A DNA stretch of 63,866 nt, the filler included, from Octopus bimaculoides (taxonomy: Eukaryota): assembly GCF_001194135.2 (NCBI RefSeq). It is 4 parts of 4 records of this genome, joined end to end, with 100 filler letters (N's around TTAATTAATTAA, not from the genome) between each part and the next. Parts side by side here need not be neighbours in the genome. Positions count along the whole stretch, not along the records: positions 24,905 to 48,849 come from NC_069002.1; positions 48,950 to 58,917 come from NC_069000.1; 2 more parts are not named here. One strand, given 5' to 3'. Position numbers and translations under genes: made by a program. This document shows, one piece after another, positions 38,977 to 51,118 of the stretch (position 1 is the first letter of the stretch; the number at the start of each line of letters is the position of its first letter). The notes under the pieces were generated by a model. It did no database searches. It was not told the DNA's origin and was given only the letters and a program-made list of their open reading frames with translations.

Positions 38977-39335
38977 GCTTTCTCTTTGTAATTTACAATG
39001 CCTTTCGGGTTTGTTTATAAATATTATTATATGTACTAATATATATATATCATCATCGTCATCATCATTATTTATATATAGAGAACACAAATGCATTATG
39101 TGTATGTGTATGTTTGTGTGTGTCTTTTTATCTGTGTTTGTCCCCCATCAACTCTTGACAGCCGGTGCTGGTGTTTTTACATCCCCATAACTTAGTGATT
39201 CAGCAAAAGTGACAGATAGAATAAGTACCAGACCTTAAAAAGTAAGTAGGTGGGATCAATTCATCTGACTAAAAATTCTTGAAAGCAGAGACCCAGCATG
39301 GCCACAGTCTAATGACTGAAATAAACAAAAGATAT
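38684..39335 (+). mobile_element. SINE family A, full length with expanded internal microsatellite
   Basis: Head at 38684, GGAAACTGAAAGAAGC then ~270 bp of TA/CA repeats (with a small gap), then the 3' module. Confidence 0.8.
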
Positions 39336-39817
39336 TTCACTAAACAATTTAGCCACAAATACATCAAGATTAGGTGAATCTACTCATGAAGAAGAGGAAT
39401 TTCCAACGTGAATGAAACATGTCTTGAGTTGTCTCCCTTGCAAGCAAATTGAAAGTAATAACATTCGTCATTAACAATTATTTCCCTGTATTAAATATTT
39501 GATCTGGTTTTGGCTTTTTAATTTTCTGAACATTAAATATTATTTCATACTCTTAATAGTTAATTAGCATGTAGACAGTATCTCTGGAAATTTTCACATT
39601 TATAATAATTAACTGGAACAAGTTTGATCTCAACATAACGAGCTAATAATCAAATTTGCTGTCTGAACCTTAAAAACCGGTGTTAAACTCATGAGTGACT
39701 GTTATGAGATCTAATTGCAGTTATATACTAAAGTGGAAAGTTTAAATACCTTGTATAATTGGTATGGTAAATAACAGGAGATAATGAGTACTGTCTTAGT
39801 CTATCATATACATAGAC

Positions 39818-39873
<56 letters not shown>

Positions 39874-40010
39874 TATGTATGTATGTATAAATATATAAGT
39901 GTATATGTAAATGTATGTATCTGTCTCTATCCGACCAAATATCTATTTCTGTCTACCTATCTATCTCCGTTTATCAACATCTATACACACCAACTATCTT
40001 TATGCATATA

Positions 40011-40932
40011 CGAGGTGATATCAAAAAGTTTCCGGACTAGTTCTGTAGCATGCCAACAGATGGCAGCACACAGTTGCATCCACAGTGAGAGCTAGCAGTG
40101 ACCTTCGTGGGGCAGTATGCTGAGGTACACATTGCTATGTTTACTTTACAGGTTGTGAAATTTGCGTTTTTGTGATCACGTGTATGCTGTAGTCTGCAAT
40201 ATTGTCATGGATAGGAACAAAGATCCAAAGCGAAATTTTGTGCTAAACACGAGAAGTCTGCTGCAGAGATTTTGAGCATGCTTCAGCAAGCTTAGGGAGA
40301 CGAGGCAATGGATCATACACAATGTTTCGATTGGCACAGGTGCTTTGAAAGTGGAAGAATGAACCTGGAAGATGATGAGTGATTTGGAAGACCTGCCATG
40401 AGTGTTACCTCTGGAAATGTGGTGCTGTGCATTGAGAATTCTTTCCCTAGGGCCAGACCATCTATCAAGAGTTCTACTGTGAAGTTTTAATGCATTTGAG
40501 GGAAGACATTTGGTGAAAATGACTGGATCTGTGGAGTGCTAAGAATTGGATTTTTCACAACAACAATGCACCCTGCCATTGAGCTCTCCTCACTTGTGAG
40601 TTTCTTGCCAAAAACATGGAATCACTTCTACACCCACCCTATTCACCAGATTTAGCACCTGCAGACATCCTTCTCTTCCCCAAGATGAAAAGGCAGACCC
40701 AGAGGTCGCCATTTTAACACCATTGTCAAGATCCAAAGCAAATAGTGGAAAGTCCTTAATTTTCTTATGGAAAACGACTTCCAGGCTGGATTTCAAAAGC
40801 AACAGGAACAATGGGGATGGTCTATTGCTGTGCAAGGTGACTATTTCAAAGGAGATGATGTTAAAAACTTGGGTAAATAAGTTATTTTTTTATCAAACAT
40901 AACTAGTTCGTGAACCTTTTGATACTACCTCA
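40011..40932 (+). mobile_element. Second internally deleted copy of the same mariner family
   Basis: TA|CGAGGTGATATCAAAAAGTTTCCGGACTAGTT and a 3' inverted counterpart at 40901-40932. Decayed HPPYSPDLAPADILLFPKMK motif. Its deletion differs from the 36-kb copy. Confidence 0.9.
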
Positions 40933-41442
40933 TCCATCCATCCATCCATCCATCTATCTCTATCTATCTCTATATCCATCTGCCAGTTCATCCATACATC
41001 CATGTTTTCGGATTGTATCTGCAACGTTATCATCTCATACTGTGTGTATCTGTCTTTCCAGTCAGTAACACCTTCAAGCTGCATCCATCTATCCAGACAC
41101 TAACAACAACAACCGCAGCAACAACAACAACTCTCTAGTTATTCAATAATCATTCATAGACTGTATCTACTCAACTATAAAACTTTTATATAGATATATA
41201 TATGGAGGAAGAGTTGAAAAGTGAATAATAGAATAGACCAGTCCAGTCCATTCCAATCTTAAATGAATATACATACATACATATATATGTGTGTGTGTGT
41301 GTGTGCATGTGTGTGTGAGTGTGTGTGTTTGTATGTATATACATATATGCACAAACATTTCTGTATATGTTTAAATATATGTGTGTGTGCATATATGTGT
41401 GTGTGCATATATATGTGTGTGTGCATATATATATAATGAACA

Positions 41443-41534
<92 letters not shown>

Positions 41535-41743
41535 TCTATATATATACATATATATATATGTATATAAATATATACATATATATATACACATATATAGATA
41601 TATATATACACACACACGCACACATATATACATATACTTATATATCTATATACGTACACACATATATATATATATATACATGCATACACACAGATATATA
41701 TACACACAGATATATATACACACACACATATGTATATATATAT

Positions 41744-41774
<31 letters not shown>

Positions 41775-41981
41775 CATATACACACATACATAAACAGATA
41801 TATGTCTGGCAGCAGGAGAAAGAAATAAGTTCGTTATTTCTAAATTTTTGAGATGTTGATTTCCGTTTCTCTCTTTTATCAAATTAACTGTGTCTTCCTC
41901 TTCTCCGCTACAAAAATGATGGATGCTAATCTTGGAAGTCTGCTCAAAGAACTGCAACAACCGCAGTAGCAGCAGCAGCAG

Positions 41982-42013
<32 letters not shown>

Positions 42014-42719
42014 GCAGCAGTAGCACTGATTTTCTCATGAGGAACCATTTAGTCTTGTTTGGTCCTGTCTGCGTGGTCTGGCATACGGAATGGTTAAGAT
42101 TGTGAGGCGTAAAATTCTCCTGACAGGTGCTTGTGTGGCTTGCACTGTGGTTTGTTACGGCTGACAGCTGAACATGGTCAGATCCTTTACCGACGATCTG
42201 AGGTGGACAATGCCAACGTAATTAATAACTCCGAGCACACAATANNNNNNNNNNNNNNNNNNNNNNNNNNNNNNNNNNNNNNNNNNNNNNNNNNNNNNNN
42301 NNNNNNNNNNNNNNNNNNNNNNNNNNNNNNNNNNNNNNNNNNNNNNNNNNNNNNNNNNNNNNNNNNNNNNNNNNNNNNNNNNNNNNNNNNNNNNNNNNNN
42401 NNNNNNNNNNNNNNNNNNNNNNNNNNNNNNNNNNNNNNNNNNNNNNNNNNNNNNNNNNNNNNNNNNNNNNNNNNNNNNNNNNNNNNNNNNNNNNNNNNNN
42501 NNNNNNNNNNNNNNNNNNNNNNNNNNNNNNNNNNNNNNNNNNNNNNNNNNNNNNNNNNNNNNNNNNNNNNNNNNNNNNNNNNNNNNNNNNNNNNNNNNNN
42601 NNNNNNNNNNNNNNNNNNNNNNNNNNNNNNNNNNNNNNNNNNNNNNNNNNNNNNNNNNNNNNNNNNNNNNNNNNNNNNNNNNNNNNNNNNNNNNNNNNNN
42701 NNNNNNNNNNNNNNNNNNA

Positions 42720-43066
42720 TTGTTTTCAGTTGTGTTTGTTTGTCTGTTTGTTTGTCCGTGGACAAGATATCTCAAGAACTGCTGGATGGATTCAGATGAA
42801 ACTTTTAGGGATGTTTGGCCTCATGACTGGCATGAACTGATTAGATTTTGGGATCGATCCAGTTCCAGACAAGGATTCTGGATTATTTTTCCTGTTTTTT
42901 TTTTTTACTTAATTTTTGAGAGTGGTCGAATTCATCTTTAGTATTCTCGTTTGTGAGAGCAGTCGAGTTTATTTCAGATATTCTCATTTTAAAAATCATT
43001 TCCAGCTAATCGTTGAGAAGATGTTGGTGTTACATTGGTGGAGGTTTATGCTCTCTGAGTGCTCTT
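42720..43066 (+). mobile_element. Second copy of the HINE/DINE-like element, 5' end in gap
   Basis: Collinear with 54230-54570 over ~340 bp (e.g. CCAGACAAGGATTCTGGATTATTTTTCCTG is identical). Confidence 0.7.
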
Positions 43067-43080
43067 GTTATTATTAAGAT

Positions 43081-43410
43081 GGTGAGCTGGCGGAATCATT
43101 AGCAGATTGGACAAAGTGCTTAGTAGCTTTTTGTTCATCTTTATGTTCTGAGTTCAAATTCTACTGAGGTTGACATTATATTTTGTCCCTTCAGAGTTTA
43201 TAAAAAAAGGTACCAATTGAGCACTGAGATCAATGTTATTGATTAACCCCCATTGATCCCAGTACACACCTGGTACTTATTTCATTGACTGCACAAGGCT
43301 GAAAGGCAAAGGTGACCTTGGCAGAATTTGAACTCAGAATGTAAAGATAGGTGAAATGTTGCTAGGCATTTTGTTCAGCATGCTAAAGATTCTGCCAGCT
43401 TTCTCCCTTC
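43081..43410. mobile_element. Two tail-less SINE B copies fused tail-to-tail (imperfect ~320-bp palindrome)
   Basis: AGCTGGCGGAATC at 43085 and GATTCTGCCAGCT at 43388; both arms carry CTGAGTTCAAATTC. Confidence 0.8.
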
Positions 43411-43457
<47 letters not shown>

Positions 43458-44894
43458 CATAGGAAAACAAGAAAAATAATGACAGGATATAGGATGCACC
43501 ACCCAAAATCTGACATAGAAAGGCTATATATACAACGCACAGAAGGTGGCAGGGGTCTTATACAGCTAGAAAACTATTATAAAATAACCACCATAGGACT
43601 GCAAAAATACCTACTCCAGAAGCAAGGGAAACTAATACAAATAGCCACAAAACACGAGCAAAACAAAAAACTGTTTTCAGTATTTAAGGAAGCTGACAAA
43701 TACAAACAAGAAATCAATCTACCTAACAAATACGAAGAAGAAGAAGAAGAAACAACAAAAACTATAAANNNNNNNNNNNNNNNNNNNNNNNNNNNNNNNN
43801 NNNNNNNNNNNNNNNNNNNNNNNNNNNNNNNNNNNNNNNNNNNNNNNNNNNNNNNNNNNNNNNNNNNNNNNNNNNNNNNNNNNNNNNNNNNNNNNNNNNN
43901 NNNNNNNNNNNNNNNNNNNNNNNNNNNNNNNNNNNNNNNNNNNNNNNNNNNNNNNNNNNNNNNNNNNNNNNNNNNNNNNNNNNNNNNNNNNNNNNNNNNN
44001 NNNNNNNNNNNNNNNNNNNNNNNNNNNNNNNNNNNNNNNNNNNNNNNNNNNNNNNNNNNNNNNNNNNNNNNNNNNNNNNNNNNNNNNNNNNNNNNNNNNN
44101 NNNNNNNNNNNNNNNNNNNNNNNNNNNNNNNNNNNNNNNNNNNNNNNNNNNNNNNNNNNNNNNNNNNNNNNNNNNNNNNNNNNNNNNNNNNNNNNNNNNN
44201 NNNNNNNNNNNNNNNNNNNNNNNNNNNNNNNNNNNNNNNNNNNNNNNNNNNNNNNNNNNNNNNNNNNNNNNNNNNNNNNNNNNNNNNNNNNNNNNNNNNN
44301 NNNNNNNNNNNNNNNNNNNNNNNNNNNNNNNNNNNNNNNNNNNNNNNNNNNNNNNNNNNNNNNNNNNNNNNNNNNNNNNNNNNNNNNNNNNNNNNNNNNN
44401 NNNNNNNNNNNNNNNNNNNNNNNNNNNNNNNNNNNNNNNNNNNNNNNNNNNNNNNNNNNNNNNNNNNNNNNNNNNNNNNNNNNNNNNNNNNNNNNNNNNN
44501 NNNNNNNNNNNNNNNNNNNNNNNNNNNNNNNNNNNNNNNNNNNNNNNNNNNNNNNNNNNNNNNNNNNNNNNNNNNNNNNNNNNNNNNNNNNNNNNNNNNN
44601 NNNNNNNNNNNNNNNNNNNNNNNNNNNNNNNNNNNNNNNNNNNNNNNNNNNNNNNNNNNNNNNNNNNNNNNNNNNNNNNNNNNNNNNNNNNNNNNNNNNN
44701 NNNNNNNNNNNNNNNNNNNNNNNNNNNTATATATAACATACAGAAAATTGCACTACTGGGTACTGCACACATTCTACGCAAAACACTTTCAATACAGTAA
44801 ACATAAGAGCACCACAGCAAACCACAGCACATACCCAAGGCGCACAGAGCTGCGCTCGGTAGTGAAGTGAAAGCACGTTATAAAAATAAAACTA

Positions 44895-44897
<3 letters not shown>
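43458..44897 (+). mobile_element. 5'-truncated R4/Dong-type non-LTR retrotransposon in (TAA)n, middle in N gap
   Basis: RKTRKIMTGYRMHHPKSDIERLYIQRTEGGRGLIQLE (43461 onward) and C-terminal IQKIALLGTAHILRKTLSIQ* (stop 44798-44800), then ~100-bp 3'UTR. (TAA)15 at 43412-43456 and (AAT)n at 44898-44935. Confidence 0.85.
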
Positions 44898-44935
<38 letters not shown>

Positions 44936-44936
<1 letters not shown>

Positions 44937-45155
44937 CCTTTCTACTAGAGGCACACGGCTTGAAATTTTAGGGGAGGCAACTCGATGATTACATCGACCC
45001 CCAATGTTTCATTGGTACTTAATTTACAAACCCCCAAAAAGATGAAAGACAAAGGTGACCCCAGTGGAATTTGAACTTAGAATGTAAGGACAGATGAAAT
45101 GTCGCTAAGCATTATTGCCTGGTGTGCTAACGATTCTGCCATCTCAATGCCTTCT
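44936..45155 (-). mobile_element. SINE family B, full length; its (ATT)n tail is the 44898-44935 tract
   Basis: TTTCTACTAGAGGCAC...GGAATTTGAACTTAG...GTGCTAACGATTCTGCC. Confidence 0.8.
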
Positions 45156-45485
45156 TAATAACAATAATAATGATGATGGTGATGATGATAATGATGATAA
45201 AAAATTCCTGACTAAGAAATGTTTGATTATGTTTATAAAAAAATACTTTTTTGGGGATTCTTGCATATATGTAAAAAAAAAATCCAATCTGGAAGTGGTA
45301 CCATTTGATCAAATATAAGGAATCCATAAAAAGTGAAAGAAGCTTTCCATTCAGATAAATTGGTATTTTCTAAAAAAGAACTTTATGCAAACAACAACCA
45401 ACTATTTTCATTTGACATATCAATGGAGACACACACATGTACATACATACATGCATGTATATATGTATCTGTATGTATGTATATA

Positions 45486-45518
<33 letters not shown>

Positions 45519-45530
45519 CTCTCTCTCTTT

Positions 45531-45960
45531 TATTCTTTTACTTGTTTCAGTCATTTGTCTGTGGCCATGCTGGAGCACCGCTTTTAGTCGAGCAAGTCAG
45601 CCCCAGGACTTATTCTCTGTAAGCCTAGTACTTATTCTATCAGTCTCTTTGCAGAACCACTAAGTTATGAGGACGTAAACACACCACCATCGGTTGTCAA
45701 GCGATGTTGTGGGGGTGGGGGCCCGAGGCTATAGTAGAAGACACTTGCCCAAGGTGCCACGCAGTGGGACTGAACCCGGAACCATGTAGCTGGCAAGCAA
45801 GCTACTTTGGCCTTCTTTCAGTTTCCATCTACCAAACCCAGTCACAAGGCCTTGATCAGGCCAATGCTTTAGTAGAAGACGCTTGTCCAAGGTGCCACGC
45901 ACTGAGACTGAACCCAAAGCCATATGGCTGAGAAGCAAACTTCTTACCATGCAGCCAGCC
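45531..45960 (-). mobile_element. SINE family A 3' module followed by two tandem 5' heads
   Basis: 45531-45700 tail; heads at 45715-45805 and 45812-45960 each contain GACACTTG(C/T)CCAAGGTGCCACGCA-type sequence. Confidence 0.8.
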
Positions 45961-46029
45961 TCTCTGGCTCACCAAAAAAGAACAAAAAATAATATTCAAA
46001 TCCAAGCATTTTTCAGACAAGCATCACCA

Positions 46030-46450
46030 TAACTTGCATTTTGTTCATTCAGTTATTGATGAAACAACAGATATAGTAAACCCAACCTCTCAATTATTTA
46101 TATTTGGAGATGAGATAACAACAAATTTTACAATATAATGAGATTTACTGGTTTTTAAATCAATGTACAAGACTATGGACTTATGTGGGGTGAATATCCT
46201 GAGTTGGTATGAAATCGGTAAAAATTGATTTCAGTTTAACTGAATGAAACACTTAGTAATGTACTTATAGACATTGTGTTATCAATGGTGGGATCTTTGA
46301 AAATGCTTGTTTTAGTCCAGAAAGAATTGGAAATGGTAAATTGGATTCTAATACTTTAATGCCTTATTCTTGAATGATATGATATACGGCATGTGTTGTT
46401 TATGAGAATGAATAATGAAGTGAAAGCGAGAACAAAATGTATTAAATTTG
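46030..46450 (+). pseudogene. hAT transposase remnant (Buster/Charlie, GTF2IRD2-like)
   Basis: SVIDETTDIVNPTSQLFIFG..TTNFTI**DLL.FKSM (DETTD at 46058-72) and frameshifted SMVGS (46282-96) resemble LDESTD...QL.IF...EELL...SM and DGAPSMVG. Confidence 0.55.
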
Positions 46451-46699
46451 TAGGATAAAGGAAACCAAAAAGAAAAAAGGAAAAGATAAGAAAAAGGAAA
46501 TGGAATTGGATGATAAAATTTCAGGGAAAATTTGAAGAATAGGAATCTCAAAGCAAAATTTAGGTATTTGTTGTACAGTTGTGAGTTTACTGGCTACAGA
46601 AAGGAGGCATACTCTTCTATGAGCTGAAAAATGATGTGAAATTCACCACCACCAACACCAGCACCACTACCAGCACCACCGTCGTTGTTGCCATTGTTG

Positions 46700-46885
46700 T
46701 CATCATCATCATCATCATCTCTGTTTAACGTCCACTTTTTATGCTGGCATGAGTTGGACAATTTGACAGGAGCCAACAAGCCAATGGACTGTGTCAAGCA
46801 CCAATGTTTGCTTTGGCATGGTTTCTACAGCTGGATGCTCTTCCTAACATTACCCATTTTACAGAGTGCACTAGGTGCTTTTTAC
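46700..46885 (-). mobile_element. Stand-alone (GAT)n-ending SINE tail
   Basis: (ATC)n-TCTGTTTAACGTCC...GCTGGCATG...GGATGCTCTTCCTAAC...GGTGCTTTT. Confidence 0.7.
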
Positions 46886-47154
46886 ATAGAGCCCCCCAAC
46901 TGAGGCAGCATGCGCGCACATGTGTGCATGCGTGTGTGTATTGTTGGAGGTAGGGTCACGCCTGGTAATGAGAGATTAAAGTATGCAAGAGGGACAGAAA
47001 CAGGTATCTTGTAGGTGAGATACATGCAGCATTGGATTAACCATGAAGTAAAATAAGCACATGCTCAGGGCATCAAGGAAAGGAAGGGACACTACAAAAA
47101 TGGTAAATGGTTTACACCACAAAAGAAATCACTTTAAACTTGCTAAAATAATAT

Positions 47155-47483
47155 TCGTAATGCTTTATCTCTACCAAGTATAGAAGCAGAAGTTTTACGC
47201 AAAATTAATTTTAACAATATCATCGAAGACTTTGCAATTAAATTAAAAAAACAAGTGAGAAAACTTTTCAAATATAGATAAAGTGGAGGCATACAAAAAT
47301 AAACATTATTTTCCATCTTACTGTTAGTTTTGTTTCATTTTGAAATATAAAAAATGTTTTTGTGGTTTATCATTGTTTACATTTTAAATTATTTTTGTTT
47401 ACATTTTGAACCATTTACATATACTTAGGGGCACCAAAATCTTTGAAGTGCTTAGGGTTTCAATGGGTCTTAATCCGGCCCTG
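47155..47483 (+). mobile_element. hAT element 3' end (C-terminal dimerisation domain remnant plus TIR)
   Basis: NALSLPSIEAEVLRKINFNNIIEDFAIK..K.VRK resembles the hATC consensus. Ends in CTTAATCCGGCCCTG (47469-83), the complement of a CAGGGCCGGATT-type hAT TIR. Confidence 0.65.
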
Positions 47484-47532
47484 GATACATGGCTACCTTA
47501 GCTGGGAAAGGAGAGAAAATGTTCATGTTTAT

Positions 47533-47870
47533 AGGCACAGGAATGGGTGTGTGGTAAGAAGTTTGCTTCCTAACTACATGGTTTGGGGTTCAATCTCACT
47601 AGATGATACCTTGGGCAAGCGGGTTCTGCTGTAACAGCCTTGTGAGTAGATTTGGTAAATGGAAACTGAAAGAAGCCTATTCTACATGTACAAAAAGCAC
47701 CCAGCACACTCTGTTAAATAGTTGATGTTAGGAAGAGCATCCAGCCATAGAAACCATATCACAACAGACAACTGGAGTCTGGGCAGCTCCTGTCAAACCA
47801 TCCGACCCATGCCAGCATGGAAGACAGAGGTTAAATGATGATGATGATGAAGATGATGATGATGATGATA
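47533..47870 (+). mobile_element. SINE with family A head and alternative tail ending in (GAT)n
   Basis: A-type head/CORE to GGAAACTGAAAGAAGCC, then AAAAAGCACCCAG...TTAGGAAGAGCATCCAGCC...CATGCCAGCATGGAAG..GTTAAAT(GAT)n. Confidence 0.75.
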
Positions 47871-48695
47871 GTATATATATATATTGTTTGTACTCATGTC
47901 TAGATATTATGTAATGGCTGTAAAGAAGCATCATCAACATATAAGCAATGTTTGTCTGCTTCCAGTCTTCCCTGAAAGACATGTCTGGCCATGGGGTAAT
48001 ATTTACGATGCCTGGAAACAGGTGAGTGTTGGGAACAGGGAAAGCATCCAGTCAGAGAACACCTGCTTCAATGAATTATTTTTGACCAATACAAGCATGG
48101 AAAAGCGAATGTTAGATGATGATGATGATGATGGGGAGAATTTGGAGGAGTAGGTTATAATGATGATGGTGGTGGTGATGATGATGATGAGGATAATGAT
48201 GATGACAATTATGATTATAATGTTGATGATGATGATGCTGATATTAGTAATCTTAACCTGACCTACTGAACGAGGCAGAGATGAATAAACAGAAGTCTTT
48301 ACCTGTCACCATAAAATAAGATGGAAGTAATTATTGAAAAAATTTTTGTAAAAAATTAATAAACAATTCTAATAAATTTTTAGATTTGCTGGAGATAAAA
48401 CAGATAAATCAGTCTTCTAAGTGTTTTCTTTTAGCTGATTAATATTATCATATGTATAGCATGGGAGGTATTAAAATTTAAAATTTAATAATCTACAAGA
48501 ACTATATAAGGAACCAGAATATATGCATAAGAACTCATTCCTATACAGACATGTGTATAGTTATACATGTGCACATGTATAGTTATACATGTGCACATGT
48601 ATATCGATACACCTTTTAAGGTGGTACTCCAGCATGGCTGCAGTCAAATGACTGAAACAAGTAAAAGAATTAAAAAAAAAAAAGAATATATATTC

Positions 48696-48736
<41 letters not shown>

Positions 48737-49182
48737 TGTGTGTTTAGTTATACATGTGCACATATACTTTCATGCATGCATATATGCATAGATGCATACA
48801 TATAAATATCTCTTTCTATATATGTGTGCGTGTGTGTTTTGTGTGTGTGNNNNNNNNNNNNNNNNNNNNNNNNNNNNNNNNNNNNNNNNNNNNTTAATTA
48901 ATTAANNNNNNNNNNNNNNNNNNNNNNNNNNNNNNNNNNNNNNNNNNNNTATATATATATATATATATGAATTCGTAATTCATTTCCTGTAAATAAAATT
49001 TAATTTCGTGACGCGTTCTTTATTTTGCTTTAATTTCCTCGCCCAGAAGAGATGGTTACGACCAAGACTGGTGTAGCCCCCTGTTGTTAAAACTAAGAAC
49101 GACTGAACGAACAAATGACTACTGAACTTCACAATGCGCAGAGATGTCCCCCGTAATTGTTGCAAATATAAATATAAATATG

Positions 49183-49230
<48 letters not shown>

Positions 49231-49585
49231 TGGGATGAAAAGAATTCTGGTGTGCCCACAGATCACTACAAAAATGTATCGCATTTTATTATTATTATTA
49301 TTATTATTATTATCATTATTATTATTATTTAGCGCGGATGTGTCAGAGGAACGACAAATGAAAGATAAATATATGTATAATAGTATATTGTATTGTGATA
49401 TCCCAGAATACATCGCGCAATACGATGTTAGCATTACCGCTCGTATGTGGGAAAGAGTATGGCATCATTGAGACAGATGCTAAGCGAAGAAGAATGTATG
49501 AGTCAGGTTGCTTCTTGCTGAGTTTGTGAAAAATCATAATACGATATATATATATATATATATATATATGCATATATGTATATAC

Positions 49586-49617
<32 letters not shown>

Positions 49618-49697
49618 GAATATATGTATATACATATATATACATATATATATATATATATGAATATACATATATGTATATATGCATACGTACATAC

Positions 49698-49739
<42 letters not shown>

Positions 49740-49741
49740 CG

Positions 49742-50140
49742 TTTTACTCTTTTACTTGTTTCAATCATTTGACTACGACTATGCTGGAGAACCGCCTTTA
49801 GTCGAGTAAATCGACCCCAGGACTTATTCCTTGTAAGCCTAGTACTTGTTTTATCGGTCAATTTTGCCGAACCGCTAATTTACGGGGACGTAAACACACC
49901 AGTATCGGTTGTCAAACGATGTTGGGGGGACAAACACAGACACACGCAAACACACACACATATATATGTATATGCATATATACGACGGGCTTCTTTCAGT
50001 TTCCGTCTACCAAATCCACTCACAAGGTTTTGATCGGCCCGAGGCTATAGTAGAAGACACTTGCCCAAGGTGCCACGCAGTGGGAATGAACCCGGAACCA
50101 TGTGGTTGGTAAGCAAGCTACTTACCACACTGCCACTCCA
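49742..50140 (-). mobile_element. SINE family A (tRNA head + CORE-like + internal TA/TG microsatellite + 3' module), full length; OR1/OR2-like
   Basis: Head TGGCAGTGTGGTAAG...CCGGGTTCATTCCC; CORE-like ACCTTGGGCAAGTGTCTT; internal microsatellite; tail GACTGAAACAAGTAAAAG type. Family name is from memory of octopus CORE-SINEs. Confidence 0.85.
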
Positions 50141-51032
50141 GAAATAGTATTAAATTAAAATAGTTCCCTGTGTGTCATATTGGATGCAGATACGTAGGGA
50201 AAGACAAATGCAATTTATTTCATGGGATCATATCCGTATGCACATACGAATTCTGTATGCACATATCGTTCCGTAGCAGCATTAACAATGCTAGACGTTC
50301 ATTTCCGCCGCGTCAAGTTTTGTCTGTGGCATGTATCCGTTGCCAGCCGCATATTAAGACAAAATCCGTCGCTTCCTATGTAAGAAAAACAGTGATTGAA
50401 AAATAACTGATCCTGTGATTGGCCCTCCAGACAATCGCAAGTGAAGAAATAATGGTTATAAATACATCTAATGCGAGTACAAAAAGATATTTGAAAATAT
50501 GCAATCAAGCCAGACCGACAGCCATGTTAGAAATCATTATTATTTTTTACCCAAGTGCTACAATGAAAAAAAATGAAAAAAAATAGATGACGCAACGCTC
50601 TGGTTGAAACGCACTTATAGTGACAATGCTCTCGGATTTAGCCGGATGTATGAGCTATCCTTATAATAAGAGTTAATATGTGTTGGAAATAAGGATATGC
50701 TGTGAACATGATACACCGTAATAAAATTACAGGAAATGCTAAATCCAAACCCCTCTCGATTAGATATGAACTGGAAAATAACTGTCAATGGCACAACTCT
50801 TGGCTAAGATTTTTTTTCTTTTTTCTCTTTTGTTTTAAATTTTATTCCATAGGGGCCCCATTGTTGCAGCTACAGACATTTTTCTTCTATTCCTGTCATC
50901 GATGTTGTCCAAGGAAAAGGCAATGACATTACTTGTCACCAGTGGCGTCACAGGCGAAATCCGACCTCAAAGAGCTGGCAAAAATATCTGTTTCTTACAT
51001 TGGCACAATGTTTTATCTTTTACTTGTTTCAG

Positions 51033-51114
<82 letters not shown>

Positions 51115-51118
<4 letters not shown>

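Noticed and set aside
39383-39429. HHR-like GAAACATGTC motif
   Set aside because: First core strand and stem II cannot be assigned convincingly.
48562-48603. Two perfect 20-bp palindromes TATACATGTGCACATGTATA
   Set aside because: Expected by-product of alternating purine-pyrimidine low complexity plus a 22-bp duplication.
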